Shown here one piece after another: positions 1 to 11,497 of a stretch of DNA of 64,000 bases; position 1 is the first letter of the stretch, and every line of letters begins with the position of its first letter. Below the pieces are notes generated by a model. It saw nothing but the letters and a program-made list of their open reading frames with translations, was not told the origin of the DNA and ran no database searches. Position numbers and translations under genes: made by a program. This stretch comes from Leucoraja ocellata. Its lineage: Eukaryota. Where the stretch lies: contig JAWMAR010000181.1 in assembly GCA_036785375.1 (NCBI GenBank), positions 1 to 64,000 of the forward strand, in the 5' to 3' direction.

Positions 1-364
1 CCCATTGATGCTGCCCAACCTTTGGAGTGCTTCCAGCATTGTCTGTGTTTGTCTTTTATTTCCTGCATCTGCGGTTTCCAAATACTAACCAAGCGTGCAA
101 ATTTCCCCTTGCACAGCTCCATTGGCATTGGGTCAAAATCCTTGAAAATCCTGCTAAATGGAATGGTATCATTACAAGCACAAATATTTTCATATCTTCA
201 TTACAAATATTGTCAAGTATCTATATCACCTTCCTAAGTCAATAGGTGGTGGCTATTAAATGTCATACTGTCGATGATATACATATTCCACTAGTAAAAA
301 TAAATAAGGAAACATAATTTCCACATTCCTTAAAAGTTCCACTGCACTGTAGATTGGTTAGTTT

Positions 365-576
365 AAAGCCTCTTCCAAGAGCTCTCCTGAGTTTTAAAAA
401 AATCAAACTTGTGGTGAGCGTGGAGAATGAACTTAGCGGGTATTTTCAACATGTTGAAAAATGTCCACGAGAGCCCCGAGTACCGACGAGTGGCCATTAC
501 CGTAAATCTCTGAGTTCGAATCAGGGCAAACTCGGGAGAGCTCCTGGAATGAACTCGTACCGTGGGACAGGGCTTT
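365..576. mobile_element. Harbinger/PIF-type MITE, degenerate left TIR
   Basis: Right end GTGGGACAGGGCTTT matches the TIR core of the intact MITEs at 16115 and 46878. Left end AAAGCC. Internal palindrome TTTTCAACATGTTGAAAA at about 443-460. Confidence 0.6.
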
Positions 577-837
577 TACTTACTAACCAATGTAGTGCTT
601 TATTATCAGAAGCTCCACCTACTACCACACTGTTCCTATTATCGCAACCCAACATGTGCAGCCAGTCTATGCTGCTGCACAGTAGACGTCTATCTGATTA
701 CAATTAATTCACCCAAAATTAAATCAATGAGTATACCAAATCAAATGAATACATTAATTTGAGAGGGAAAGCATGAAAATATCAATAAATCTTAGTCATA
801 CAGCGCAGAATCAAACCCTTTGGTCTAACTTGTCCAC

Positions 838-1505
838 GACAAGAAAGCGAATGGCATGTTAGCTTTCATAGCAAAAGGATTTGAGTATTGGAGCAGGGAG
901 GTTCTACTGCAGTTGTACAGGGTCTTGGTGAGACCACACCTGGAATATTGCGTACAGTTTTGGTCTCCAAATCTGAGGAAGGACATTCTTGCCATAGAGG
1001 GAGTGCAGAGAAGGTTCACCAGACTGATTCCTGGGATGTCAGGACTGTCTTATGAAGAAAGACTGCATAGACTTGGTTTATAGTCTCTAGAATTTAGGAG
1101 ACTGAGAGGGGATCTTATAGAAACTTACAAAATTCTTAAGGGGTTGGACAGGCTAGATGCAGGAAGATTGCTCCCGATGTTGGGGAAGTCTGGGACAAGG
1201 GGTCACAGCTTAAGGATAAGGGGGAAATCCTTTAAAACCGAGATGAGAATAACTTTTTTCACACAGAGAGTGGTGAATCTCTAGAACTCTCTGCCACAGA
1301 GGGTAGTCGAGGCCAGTTCATTGGCTATATTTAAGAGGGAGTTAGATGTGGCCCTTGTGGCTAAGGGGATCAGGGGGTATGGGGAGAAGGCAGGTACGGG
1401 ATACTGAGTTGGATGATCAGCCATGATCATATTGAATGGCGGTGCAGGCTTGAAGGGCCGAATGGCCTACACCTGCACCTAATTTCTGTGTTTCTATGTT
1501 TCTAT
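838..1505 (+). mobile_element. CR1-clade (HER1-like) LINE, 5'-truncated 3' end
   Basis: Encodes the ORF2 C-terminus ([19 protein letters not shown]...SYEERL). Has the 3'UTR hairpin GGGCCGAATGGCCT and a (TTTCTATG)n tail. Confidence 0.95.
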
Positions 1506-1943
1506 CACCATCGGACATTCCTTTGGTGTCTGTCTTACAAGTGCTCAACAAAGTGCTCCTTCTATTGCTATAGGATGGCTGCTGAAAGTCTATTAACCTT
1601 CACTGGAGATGTCAGCTCTTGATCTAGCTGAATGATTGCACAAAGCTCTGGGCCTGCGTGGCATGGCATCAAACTGTGCCATCTTCTCATGAATTGCCTG
1701 CTGGACAACAGGAAGGGCACTGTTGCTGTCCAAAAGTAATTCACTGCCATACAACCACTGCTGGAACTAAGAATCCATCGATCTGAGATTGAGCAGTCAA
1801 TTAATATGCTACAGAGTCCCTGGCTCTCCTCTGGGCCGAGACTCAGCATCCTCAGTGATTTACTGCAGGGTCATAACACTTCCATTCCCCTTTCAAAAAT
1901 AATCCCCAAAGTCATGCTGCCATGGTATGTTTCGCAATAGATC

Positions 1944-2257
1944 CTGGCTTAGCAGTAGAGTTGCTGCCTTACAGCACTTGCAGCGTTAGAGACCCAGGTT
2001 CAATCCTGACTATGGGTGTTGTCTGTACGGAGTTTGTACGTTCTCCCCGTGACCGCGTGGGTTTTCTCCGGGTGCTCCGATTTCAACCCACACTACAAAG
2101 ACGTACAGGTTTGTAGTTTAATTGACTTGGTATAAGTGTAAAATAATAGTTCCTAGTGTATGCAGTGTAGTGATAATGTGCGGGGATCGCTGGTTGGTGC
2201 GGACTTGGTTGGCCGACGGGCCTGTTTCCGCGCTGAATCTCTAAACTAAAACTAAAA
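1944..2257 (+). mobile_element. tRNA-derived V-SINE (HE1-like)
   Basis: A box TGGCTTAGCAGTAG, B box GGTTCAATCC (1997-2006), V-domain core GGAGTTTGTACGTTCTCCCCGTGACCGCGTGGGTTTTCTCCGGGTGCTCC, CR1-type 3' tail ending (CTAAA)n. Confidence 0.9.
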
Positions 2258-2304
2258 CATCAGCCATGCTATTTAACATTCACAAATGTTGAAATGGAAC
2301 TACA

Positions 2305-2410
2305 TACACACAAAAAAGAAACAAGAGCTGCTCGATGAACTAAGCAGGGCAGGCAGTATCTGTGTAGGGAAATGGACAGACAATGTTTTGGGATGAGACC
2401 CTTCATCTTT
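2305..2410 (-). mobile_element. Old Penelope-like terminal-repeat fragment
   Basis: Reverse complement ATGAAGGGTCTCATCCCAAAACATTG...CAGATACTGCCTG resembles the PLE terminal repeat at 45990-46124. Confidence 0.6.
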
Positions 2411-2669
2411 ATGTTTGCTTCTGGTTCCAACATCGGCAGTCTCTTCTGATTCTGTTTTCATGCAAATTTAGAAATTCCACCTTCTCCTTGACATTTCAGG
2501 CAAGCCATCATACAAGCCTGAGTCCCAGTATAATCATTCGGACACCCGCAGACTATGGCAAGGTCTGAATACTATAACTGGCTGTAAGGCATTCAGGCAA
2601 TGTCGCAGGTGACAGTGCTGCTCTACCTGATGAAAATGCAGTCTATGCATTAACAAGTTTGTTAAACTG

Positions 2670-3260
2670 CAGAAAAGGGAAAGGTTGTTGTCTTGGCACC
2701 AGGCTATGAGGTTCTTAACCTCCTTCCTGTACTCTGTCTCATCATGATTTGATATCCACCCACTATGGTGGTGTCCACCATGAATTTGTAAATTGGATTG
2801 GTTTTTGGCTACACAGTTGTGTGTGTATAAAAAGTCAATAGGAGGGCTGAGAACACATCCTTGAAGGGCACCATTGTTGAGAATTATCGTAGAGGATGAT
2901 TTATCACCTATCCTCACTGATTGGGGTCTGTTGATCAGGAGGTCGTGGATCAAGTTGCACAGATAAGTGCTGATTCCAAGATCCACGAATTTGGGGATGA
3001 GCTTGGATGGGTTAATGGTATTGAAAGCAGAGCTGTAGTCTATGGATAGAAGTCTGGCGTAGGTGTCTCTCTTATCCAGGTGTTCCATGGATGAGTTTAG
3101 GGCCAGAGTGAAGGCATCAGCCATCGACCTGTTGTAGTGAAAAGCAAACGGCAGTGGATCAAGGTTGCTTGGTTGTCTTGGTTTAACGCATTCCATAACC
3201 AGCATCTCAAAGCACTTCATGATGGTAGATGCCCTCTGCCTGTCTGTTTCAGATTTCCAC
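2670..3260 (-). pseudogene. Rex1/Babar-clade LINE reverse transcriptase fragment
   Basis: ORF 2534..3310 has MKCFEMLV...LDPL.FA...DYSSAFNTI.P..L...GALQGCVLSP, typical RT motifs of Rex1/Babar. Frameshifted before the YADD motif. Confidence 0.9.
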
Positions 3261-3369
3261 CAAGTAACTAGCATCTTCCCTTTAAGGGGTGCAGGCATGG
3301 CTTTGATCAATGCTAGACAGCTTCTGCTGATTCAAGGCACTCATAATTGAATTGCACGGATATACACCA

Positions 3370-4077
3370 CCATGCGTCTGTCTCTTATTATTTTTGACCC
3401 GTTGGATGTATGTTTTTGGTTTTAATTTTTATTATTTTTTAGCTGTGTATATGTGTGTGTGGGGGGGGGGGGGGGGGGGAAACCATCGGGTCTCCAGTGT
3501 CGTTGGGCCTAACATCGTGGAGCGGGCAGTGGCCTCCAACCGGAACCAACCTGAGGGCTCCAGTTGCGGAGCCTGCGGACTCGCCATCACGGAGCTGTTG
3601 TGGCGCGCGGCTGCGACCCGACGTCGGAGCTTTTGAGGCTCCGGCCGCAGGCCCGGTGGACAGGAACATCGGAAGCTCGCTGGTCCCTGGTGGAAGACCG
3701 CATTTCCGTGCTCCCGCAACGGCAACTTCTCCCGACGGAATCGTGGGGTTTAAATGATCCGGAGCGGGGCCTAACATCTCCTGGCGTGGCTTAAAACGGC
3801 CGCGGGACTTACCCTCGCCCGCTGGGGGCTTTAACATCATGAGCCCCAGTTGCCTCAACGTTGCAGTTGGACTGCTGGACCGCGGGAGAAGAACAAAGGG
3901 AAAATATAAGACTTTTGCCTTCCATCACAGTGAGGAGGTGTTGGAGATGCACTGTGATTGATGTTTGTGCAAATTGTGTTAAGTGTGTGTCTTGGTTTTT
4001 CTTGTAATGTCATGACTGTAGGAATGAAATTTCGTTCAAACCTTGTATATTTGAATGACAACAAAAGGCATTCTATT
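3370..4077 (+). mobile_element. GC-rich non-autonomous retroposon with Rex1-like 3' tail (copy 1)
   Basis: Homologous to 10898-11497 and 11498-12283. Has a poly-G tract, repeated GGGC(C/T)TAACATC motifs, a CATCACAGTG/CACTGTGAT hairpin and a 3' end TTCAAAC..TTTGAATGACAA plus microsatellite tail. Confidence 0.75.
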
Positions 4078-4173
4078 AGAAACATAGAAACATAGAAAAT
4101 AGGTGCAGGAGTTGGCCATTTGGCCCTTCGAGCCTGCACCGCCATTCAATATGATCATGGCTGATCATTCAAC

Positions 4174-7136
4174 TCAATATCCCATCCCTGCCTTCTCTCC
4201 ATACCCCCTGATCCTTTTAGCCACAAGGGCCACATCTAACTCCCTCTTAAATATAGCCAATGAACTGGCCTCAACTACCTTCTGTGGCAGAGAATTCCAC
4301 AGATTCACCACTGTGAAAAAAATGATTTTCTCATCTCGGTCCTAAAATACTTCCCTCTTATCCTTAAACTGTGACCCCTAGTTCTGGACTTCCCCAACAT
4401 CGGGAACAATCTTCCTGCATGTAGCCTGTTCAACCCCTTAAGAATTTTGTAAGTTTCTATAAGAACCCCCCTAAATGTTCTGAATTCCAGCGAGTACAAG
4501 CCAAGTCTATCCAGTCTTTCTTCATATGAAAGTCCTGCCATCCCAGGAATCAGTCTGGTGAACCTTCTCTGTACTCCCTGTATGGCAAGAATGTATTTCC
4601 TCAGATTAGGAGATCAAAACTGTACGCAATACTCCAGGTGTGGTCTCACCAAGACCCTGTACAACTGCAGTAGAACCTCCCTGCTCTTATACTCAAATCC
4701 TTTTGCTATGAATGCTAACCTACCATTTACTTTCATCACTGCCTGCTGCACCTGCATTCCTACTTTCAATGGCTGGTGTACCATGACACCCAGGTCTCGT
4801 TGCATCTCCCCCTTTCCTATTCGGCCACCATTCAGATAATAGTCTACTTTCCTGTTTTTGCCACCAAAGTGGATAACCTCACATTTATCCACATTATACT
4901 GCATCTGCCATGCATTTTGCCACTCACCCAACCTATCCAAGTCGCCTTGCAGCCTCCTAGCATCCTCCTCACAGCTAACACTGCCCCCCAGATTCGTGTC
5001 ATCCGCAAACTTGGAGATGTTGCATTCAATTCCCTCATCCAAATTATTAATATATATTGTAAATAGCTGGGGTCTCAGCACTGAGCCTTGCGGCACCCCG
5101 CTAGTCACTGCCTGCCATTGTAAAAAGGACCCGTTTACTCCTACACTTTGCTTCCCGTCTGCCAGCCAGTTCTCTATCCACATCGATACTGAACCCCCAA
5201 TACCATGTGCTTTATGTTTGTATACTAATCTCTTATGTAGGACCTTGTCGAAAGCCTTCTGAAAGTCCAGATATAACACATCCACTCTACTAGTTACATC
5301 ATCGAAAAATTCTATAAGATTCATCAGACAGGATTTACCTTTCATAAATTCATGCTGACTTTGTCGAATGAATTAACCACTTTCCAAATGTGCTGCTATC
5401 CCATCTTAATAACTGACTCCAGAATTTTCCCCACCACCGATGTTAGACTAACTGGTCTGTAATTCCCCATTTTCTCTCTCCCTCCCTTTTTAAAAAGTGG
5501 GGTTACATTAGCTACCCTCCAGTCCTCAGGAACTACTCCAGAATCTAAAGAGTTTTGAAAAATTCTCACTAATGCATCCACTATTTCTGCTGCTACTTCC
5601 TTAAATACTCGGGGATGCAACTTATCTGGCCCTGGGGATTTATCGGCCTTTAATCCATTCAATTTACCTAACACCACTTCCCGGCTAAACTGGATTTCAC
5701 TCAGTTCCTCCATCTCATTTAACCCCCGTCCCTTGCTATTTCCGGCAGATTATTTATGTCTTCCTTAGTGAAGACAGAACCAAAGTAGTTATTCAATTGG
5801 TCTGCCATGTCCTTGTTCCCCATGATCATTTCGCCTGTTTCTGACTGCAAGGGAACTACATTTGTTTTAACAAATCTTTTCCTCTTCACATATCTATAAA
5901 AACTTTTGCAGTCAGTTTTTATGTACCCTACCAGTTTTCTTCCATAATCTATTTTCCCTTTCCTAATTAAGCCTTTTGTCCTCCTCTGCTGGACTCTGAA
6001 TTTCTCCCAGTCCTCTGGTAGGCTGCTTGTTCTGGCTAATTTGAACGCTGCATCTTTGGTTTTTGATACTATCCCTGATTTCCCTTGTTATCCACGGATG
6101 CACTACCTTCCCTGATTTATTCTTTTGCCAAACTGGGATGAACACCTCTTGTAGTTCATCCATGCAGTTTTTAAATGCCTTCCATTGCATATCCACTGTC
6201 AACCCTTTAAGAATCATTTGCCAGTCTATCTTGGCCAATTCACGTCTCATACTCTCAAAGTCACCTTTCTTTAAGTTCAGGACCCTTGTTTCTGAATTAA
6301 CAATGTCACGCTCCATCCTAATGAAGAACTCAACCATATTATGGTCACTCTTGCCCAAGGGGCCGCGCACAACAAAAACTGCTAACTAACCCTTCCTCAT
6401 TACTCAATACCAAGTCTAGAATAGCCTGCTCTCTCGTTGGTTCTTCTACATGTTCGTTTAGAAAACTATCCCGCATACATTCCAAGAAATCCTCTTCCTC
6501 AGCACACCTGCCAATTTGATTCACCCAATCTATATGCAGATTGATGTCACCCATTATAATTGTTTTACCTTTGTTGCATGCGTTTCTAATTTCCTGTTTG
6601 ATGCCACCCCCAACTCCGTTACTACTGTTAGGTGGCCGGTACACCACTCCCACTAGCATTTTCTGCCCCTTAGTGTTTTGCAGATCTACCCATATCGATT
6701 CCACATCCTCCAAGCTAATGTCCTTCCTTTCTATTGCGTTAATCTGCTCTCTAACCAGCAACGCTACCCCGCCTCCTTTTCCTTTCTGTCTATCCCTCCT
6801 GAATATTGAATATCCCTGGATGTTCAGCTCCCAGCCTTGGTCACCCTGGAGCCACGTCTCCGTGATCCCAACTATATCATATTCATTAATTACTATCTGC
6901 ACATTCAACTCATCCACCTTATTACGAATGCTCCTTGCATTAAGATACAAAGCATTCAGGCTTGTCTTTACAACACTCTTACCCCTTATATAATTATGTT
7001 GAAAAGTGGCCCTGTTTGATTTTTGCCCTGGATTTGTCTGCCTGCCACTTTTACTTTTCACCTTGCTACCTATTGCTTCTACCCTCATTTTACACCCCTC
7101 TGCCTCTCTGCTCTTGCACCCATCCCCCTGCCACAT
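4174..7136 (-). pseudogene. CR1 ORF2 (APE endonuclease + reverse transcriptase), frameshifted
   Basis: APE motifs LNARS, ITETWL, GGGVAL, YRPP, MGDIN and ILDLVL; RT motifs LDFQKAFD, PQGSVL and FADD. Split over ORFs 6345..7235, 5963..6370, 5396..5713, 4614..5345 and 4305..4541. Small deletion near 5285. Confidence 0.95.
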
Positions 7137-8082
7137 TAGTTTAAATCCTCCCCGACAGCACTCGCAAACACTCCCCCAAGGACATTGGTTCCATTCCAGC
7201 CCAGGTGCAGACAGTCCTGTTTGTACTGGTCCCACCTCCCCAGAACTGGTTCCAATGCCCTAAAAGTTTGAATCCCTCCCCCTTGCACCATTTTTCAAGC
7301 CACGTATTAATCTGCAATATCCTCCTATTTCTACTCTGACTAGCCCGTGGCACTGGTAGTGATCCAGAGATTATTACCTTTGAGGTCCTACTTTTAAGTT
7401 TATCTCCTAGCTCCCTAAATTCATCTTGTAGGACCTCATCCCTTTTTTTACCTATATCGTTGGTGCCAATATGCACCACGACAACTGGCTGTTCACCCTC
7501 CCCCTCCAGAATGTTCTGCAGCCGTTCAGTGACATCCCTGACCCTTGCACCAGGGAGGCAACATACCATCCAGGAGTCTCGTTTGCAGCCGCAGAAATGC
7601 CTATCTATTCCCCTTACATTTGAATCCCCTATTACTATTGCCCATCCACTCTTTTTTCTCCCTTCCTGTGCCGCAGAGCCACCCATGGTGCTATGAACTT
7701 GGCTGCTGCTGCCTTCCCCTGATGAGCAATCTCCCCCAACAGTATCCAAAATGGTATACCTGTTTAGGAGGGAGATGACCGCAGGGGACTCCTGCACTAC
7801 CTGCCTACTGCTTTGCTGACTATTGGCCACCCGTTCCCTTTCTGTCCTCTTACCTTTTACCTGCGGTGTGACCAACTCACTGTACGTGCTATCCACGACT
7901 TTCTCAGCATCGTGGATGCTCCAGTATGAATCCAGCCGCAGTTCCAATCGTTCAATGCGGTCTGCCAGGAGCTGCAACTGGACACACTTCCTGCAAACGT
8001 AGTCACCAGGGACACCGACCATATCCCTGATCTCCCACATGTTGCAGGCTGAGCAAACCACGGGGCCAATCTCCATTGACAT
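7136..8082 (-). pseudogene. CR1 ORF1: CxxC-CxxC zinc finger, coiled coil and SGNH/GDSL-type esterase; 1-nt frameshift near 7240
   Basis: CSAC...CRKC, then LQLLADRIERLELRL, then IVIGDS, CLPGARV and HIGTND. Restoring one G at about 7240 gives WGRWDQYKQDCLHLGWNG...EDLN* (DxxH block). Confidence 0.9.
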
Positions 8083-8165
8083 AGCTTACTCCCAAATTAA
8101 CTCAACTCCCTCACACTATAAAAATCTTTATCCTTTAAACTGTACCTTTACTAATAAATACTGTA

Positions 8166-8590
8166 CCCTTAACTCACAGATCCCTTAACTCACAGATCCC
8201 TTAACTCACAGGTCCCTTAACTCACTGATCCCTTAACTCACTGATCCCTTAACTCACTGATCCCTTAACTCACTGATCCCTTAACTCAAAGAACCCTCAA
8301 CTCACAGATCCCTTAACTCACTGATCCCTTATCTCACTGAACCCTTAACTCAAAGAACCCTCAACTCACAGATCCCTTACCTCACTGAACCCTTACCTCA
8401 CTGAACCCTTACCTCACTGAACCCTTACCTCACTGAACCCTTACCTCACTGAACCCTTATCTCACTGAACCCTTATCTCACTGAACCCTTACCTCACTGA
8501 ACCCTTAACTCACAGAACCCTTATCTCACTGAACCCTTATCTCACTGAACCCTCAACTCACAGAACCCTCAACTCACAAAACCCTTAACC
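8166..8590. repeat. 16-bp minisatellite (CCCTTAACTCACTGAT variants), about 26 copies, in the CR1 5'UTR
   Basis: Period 16 read directly from the sequence (units start at 8166, 8182...). Confidence 0.95.
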
Positions 8591-8712
8591 TGAAAGCAGA
8601 AATGTAAACCTGGGGTTGCACCAAATCAGTTGCTTCCTCTGGTCCTCTCCCACCAATCAGAGGCTTCCACCAGACTCTTTCTCTGGAAGTGAGATGGAGC
8701 GCTGCAGATTTT

Positions 8713-8832
8713 GGTAACTCCTCCTCTCACCAATGGCTCCCCGGGCCTCTGTGAAGGTAAGCCCCGCGCTCGATTTTTAAACTCACTGCTCAGGTAACTC
8801 CTCCTCTCACCAGCGGCTCCCCGGGCCTCTGT
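8713..8832. repeat. 40-bp direct repeat (80-bp period) at the CR1 5' terminus
   Basis: GGTAACTCCTCCTCTCACCA..GGCTCCCCGGGCCTCTGT at 8713-8752 and 8793-8832. Confidence 0.9.
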
Positions 8833-9491
8833 CTATCCTATTATATTCTATTCATTCTTGACACTGATATCAGGCTATGAGGAGGGAGTATGCAATTTAT
8901 ATGTGGGGAATGACCTGCTGAGTGTCAACAAGTTCCGGAGTTTTAGTTCAGCATTCCACCATCTGAATTGTTTGTATCTCTGTCTGTCAAGTCATTGCAA
9001 TGGTGTTCAAACTGAAATCCACATTCACCCACATAGCAGCAGTGAATCTCAGTCACATTGCCACGGCGTTTGGAAGGTCTTCAGGGCTTGAAAGGAGTAT
9101 ATAAATTCAGATTCCATTTTTCCTGAAGCTTTTACATCACTTCCAACACCAATTGATGGCTTCTGGCATGATCTTCTTTGAAGATTCATTACTTCTTCAG
9201 CAGTTGGAACAGTGAACATGCTGCCAAACTCTAGCTTGAGGCTACGACAGCAAATACTTATGGAGTTGTGAAATACAAAAAATACCTTACATGATTGGTT
9301 CAATCAAAATATAACCTGATGGTTGTAATTACTATCACAAATGGAGATGGACATACTAACCACTTAAAGCTTCATAGTCAATTTAAAAATATATAACATT
9401 GCATATTTCTGTGATAAGATTGTTTTAAACAAACTATGAAAACTATATTTGAAGTTCAATGACAATTTGGTTTACTTTGAACAAAATATTA

Positions 9492-10002
9492 CATAGAAAC
9501 ATGGAAACATAGAAAATATGTGCAGGAGTAGGCCATTCAGCCCATCGAGCCTGCACCGCCATTCAATATGATCATGGCTGATTATCCAACTCAGTATCCT
9601 GTACCTGCCTTCTCTCCATACCCCCTGATCTCTTTAGCCACAGGAGCCACATCTAACTCCCTCTTAAATATAGCCAATGAACTGGCCTCAACTACCTTCT
9701 GTGGCAGAGAATTCCACAGATTCACCACTCTCTGTGTGAAAAATGTTTTTCTCATCTCGGTTCTAAAGATTTCCCCCTTATCCTTAAGCTGTGACCCCTT
9801 GTTCTGGATTCCCCAACATCGGGAACAATCTTCCTGCATCTAGCCTGTCCAACCCCTTAAGAATTTTGTAAGTTTCTATAAGATCCCCCCTCAATCTTCT
9901 AAATTATAGCGAGTACAAGCCGAGTCTATCCAGTCTTTCTTCATATGAAAGTTCTGACATCCAAGGAATCAGTCTGGTGAACCTTCTGTGTACTCCCTCT
10001 AT
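9492..10002 (-). mobile_element. CR1 LINE 3' fragment
   Basis: (CATAGAAA)n tail; ORF2 C-terminus RTEMRKTFFTQRVVNLWNSLP. Confidence 0.95.
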
Positions 10003-10499
10003 ATTAGAAGATAGAACAGTGCAGCACTGAAATATGTCCTTCCCAGGACCCCAGAGTCTTGGCAAAAACATGATACCAAGCCCAACTCTTATCTGTTGGC
10101 ACATAATCCATATCTGTCCATTCCCTTTCCTATCAAAAGTCTCCTTAAATGGCACTATTGTAACTGCCTCCATTACCATTCATGACATGCAGAAACAACC
10201 GCTGGAAATGTAAAATGTAATTTCATTTACTTTTCAGCACTTCTTGATTTCATTTCAGTTTTGAGATCTGAAAATTGCTAGCAGAGCAAAATTGTATTAT
10301 GCAACCCTAATTGCCTTTGGAGAGGTTGTGGTGAGCTACTTTCTTGATACACATCAGTCTTTCCAGTGAAGGCAGTGCTGTTGTGCAGTGTTCCAAACAT
10401 TCAACAACATTCAACAACTGGCAATCTATTTCCAAGTCAGAATGATATGGGACATTCAGCTGATTGTGTTCCCATGCACAATGCGCATGTGGTAGGGGT

Positions 10500-10670
10500 T
10501 GTATAGGGGAATCATTTAAAAATAAATTGGATCGGCATATGGATGAGAAGGGAATGGAAGGTTATGGTATGAGTGCAGGCAGGTGGGGCTAAGGGAAAAA
10601 AGTTGTTTGGCACGGACCTGTAGGGCCGAGATGGCCTGTTTCCGTGCTGTAATTGTTATATGGTTATATG
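10500..10670 (+). mobile_element. CR1 lineage B 3' end, (TTATATGG)n tail
   Basis: Matches 48697-49012 and 63640-63913. Confidence 0.8.
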
Positions 10671-10897
10671 GTAAGTTTGAGAAGTGTTTTTGGAATAGTT
10701 AGGGTAATTGCAGTGCATTTTGTAGATGGTATACCTTGAGCCATGATGTGCCGGTGATGGAAGGTTCAAATGTTTAGAGTGGTGAATGGGGTACAAAGCA
10801 AGTGAGTCTCTTTGTCCTGGTTGAAGTGTAACTTCTTGAGAATTTAGGAGCAACATCATACAATTGATACAATGATACAACACATTACAATTTATTT

Positions 10898-11497
10898 GGT
10901 GTCACTTCCCGTGGACGGCGCGACTCACGGCCTCTGCAGTCTGTCTGTCTTTTTATTATTTGTTTGTCTCGTTTGAATGTAGTTTTTATTTTTTTTTTAC
11001 TGGGTATGTGTATGGGGGGCGGGGGGTGGGGGGGGGGGGGGGGAGGGGGGTGGGAAAACTTTTAAAATCTATCCCCTGCACGGAGAACCCGACCTTTTCT
11101 CTGTCGGGTCTCCATTGTCGTTGGGGCCGAGCACCGTGGAGCGGCCTCCAGCAGGAATGACCTGGGGCTCCAGTCGCGGAGCCTGCGGACCTACTTACTA
11201 TCGTGGAGTTGGCCGAGTTCGGAGCGGGAGCAGCTGTGGTGGCGCGCTGCTGAGACCTGACCACGGCGATTCGGAACTCCAACCGCAGGTCTGGTGGACA
11301 GTGACACCAGGAGCCCGCGGGTCCCTGCTGGGAGACCGTTTTTCAAGGCTTCCGCAACGGCGACTTCACCCGCCCGAGTTGCGGGGTTGAAGAGTACCTG
11401 GAGCGGGGCCTTAAATCATCGCCCAGCGCGGCTTGGAACGGCTGTTGGACTTTGCTAGGTTCAAATGACAAATAAATTGTATTGAATTGTATTGTAT
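10898..11497 (+). mobile_element. GC-rich non-autonomous retroposon (copy 2, internally deleted)
   Basis: Homologous to 3370-4077. Ends GGTTCAAATGACAAATAAA(TTGTA)n. Confidence 0.75.

Larger units (their letters stand above)
4078..8832 (-). mobile_element. Near full-length CR1-clade LINE (5'UTR, ORF1, ORF2, 3'UTR, (TTTCTATG)n tail), disabled
   Basis: Colinear esterase ORF1, APE endonuclease and RT ORF pieces on the minus strand. 3' tail (CATAGAAA)n at 4078-4098. Confidence 0.95.

Noticed and set aside
1944-2010. tRNA gene
   Set aside because: The A/B boxes belong to a SINE head followed by the V-domain and a LINE tail; no intact cloverleaf.
3432-3858. Cluster of overlapping GC-rich ORFs
   Set aside because: Stop-poor GC-rich repeat; the frames are not preserved among the homologous copies.
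8166-8590. CRISPR-like or telomeric array
   Set aside because: Contiguous 16-bp units with no unique spacers and no cas genes in a eukaryotic context. TTAAGGG only superficially resembles TTAGGG.
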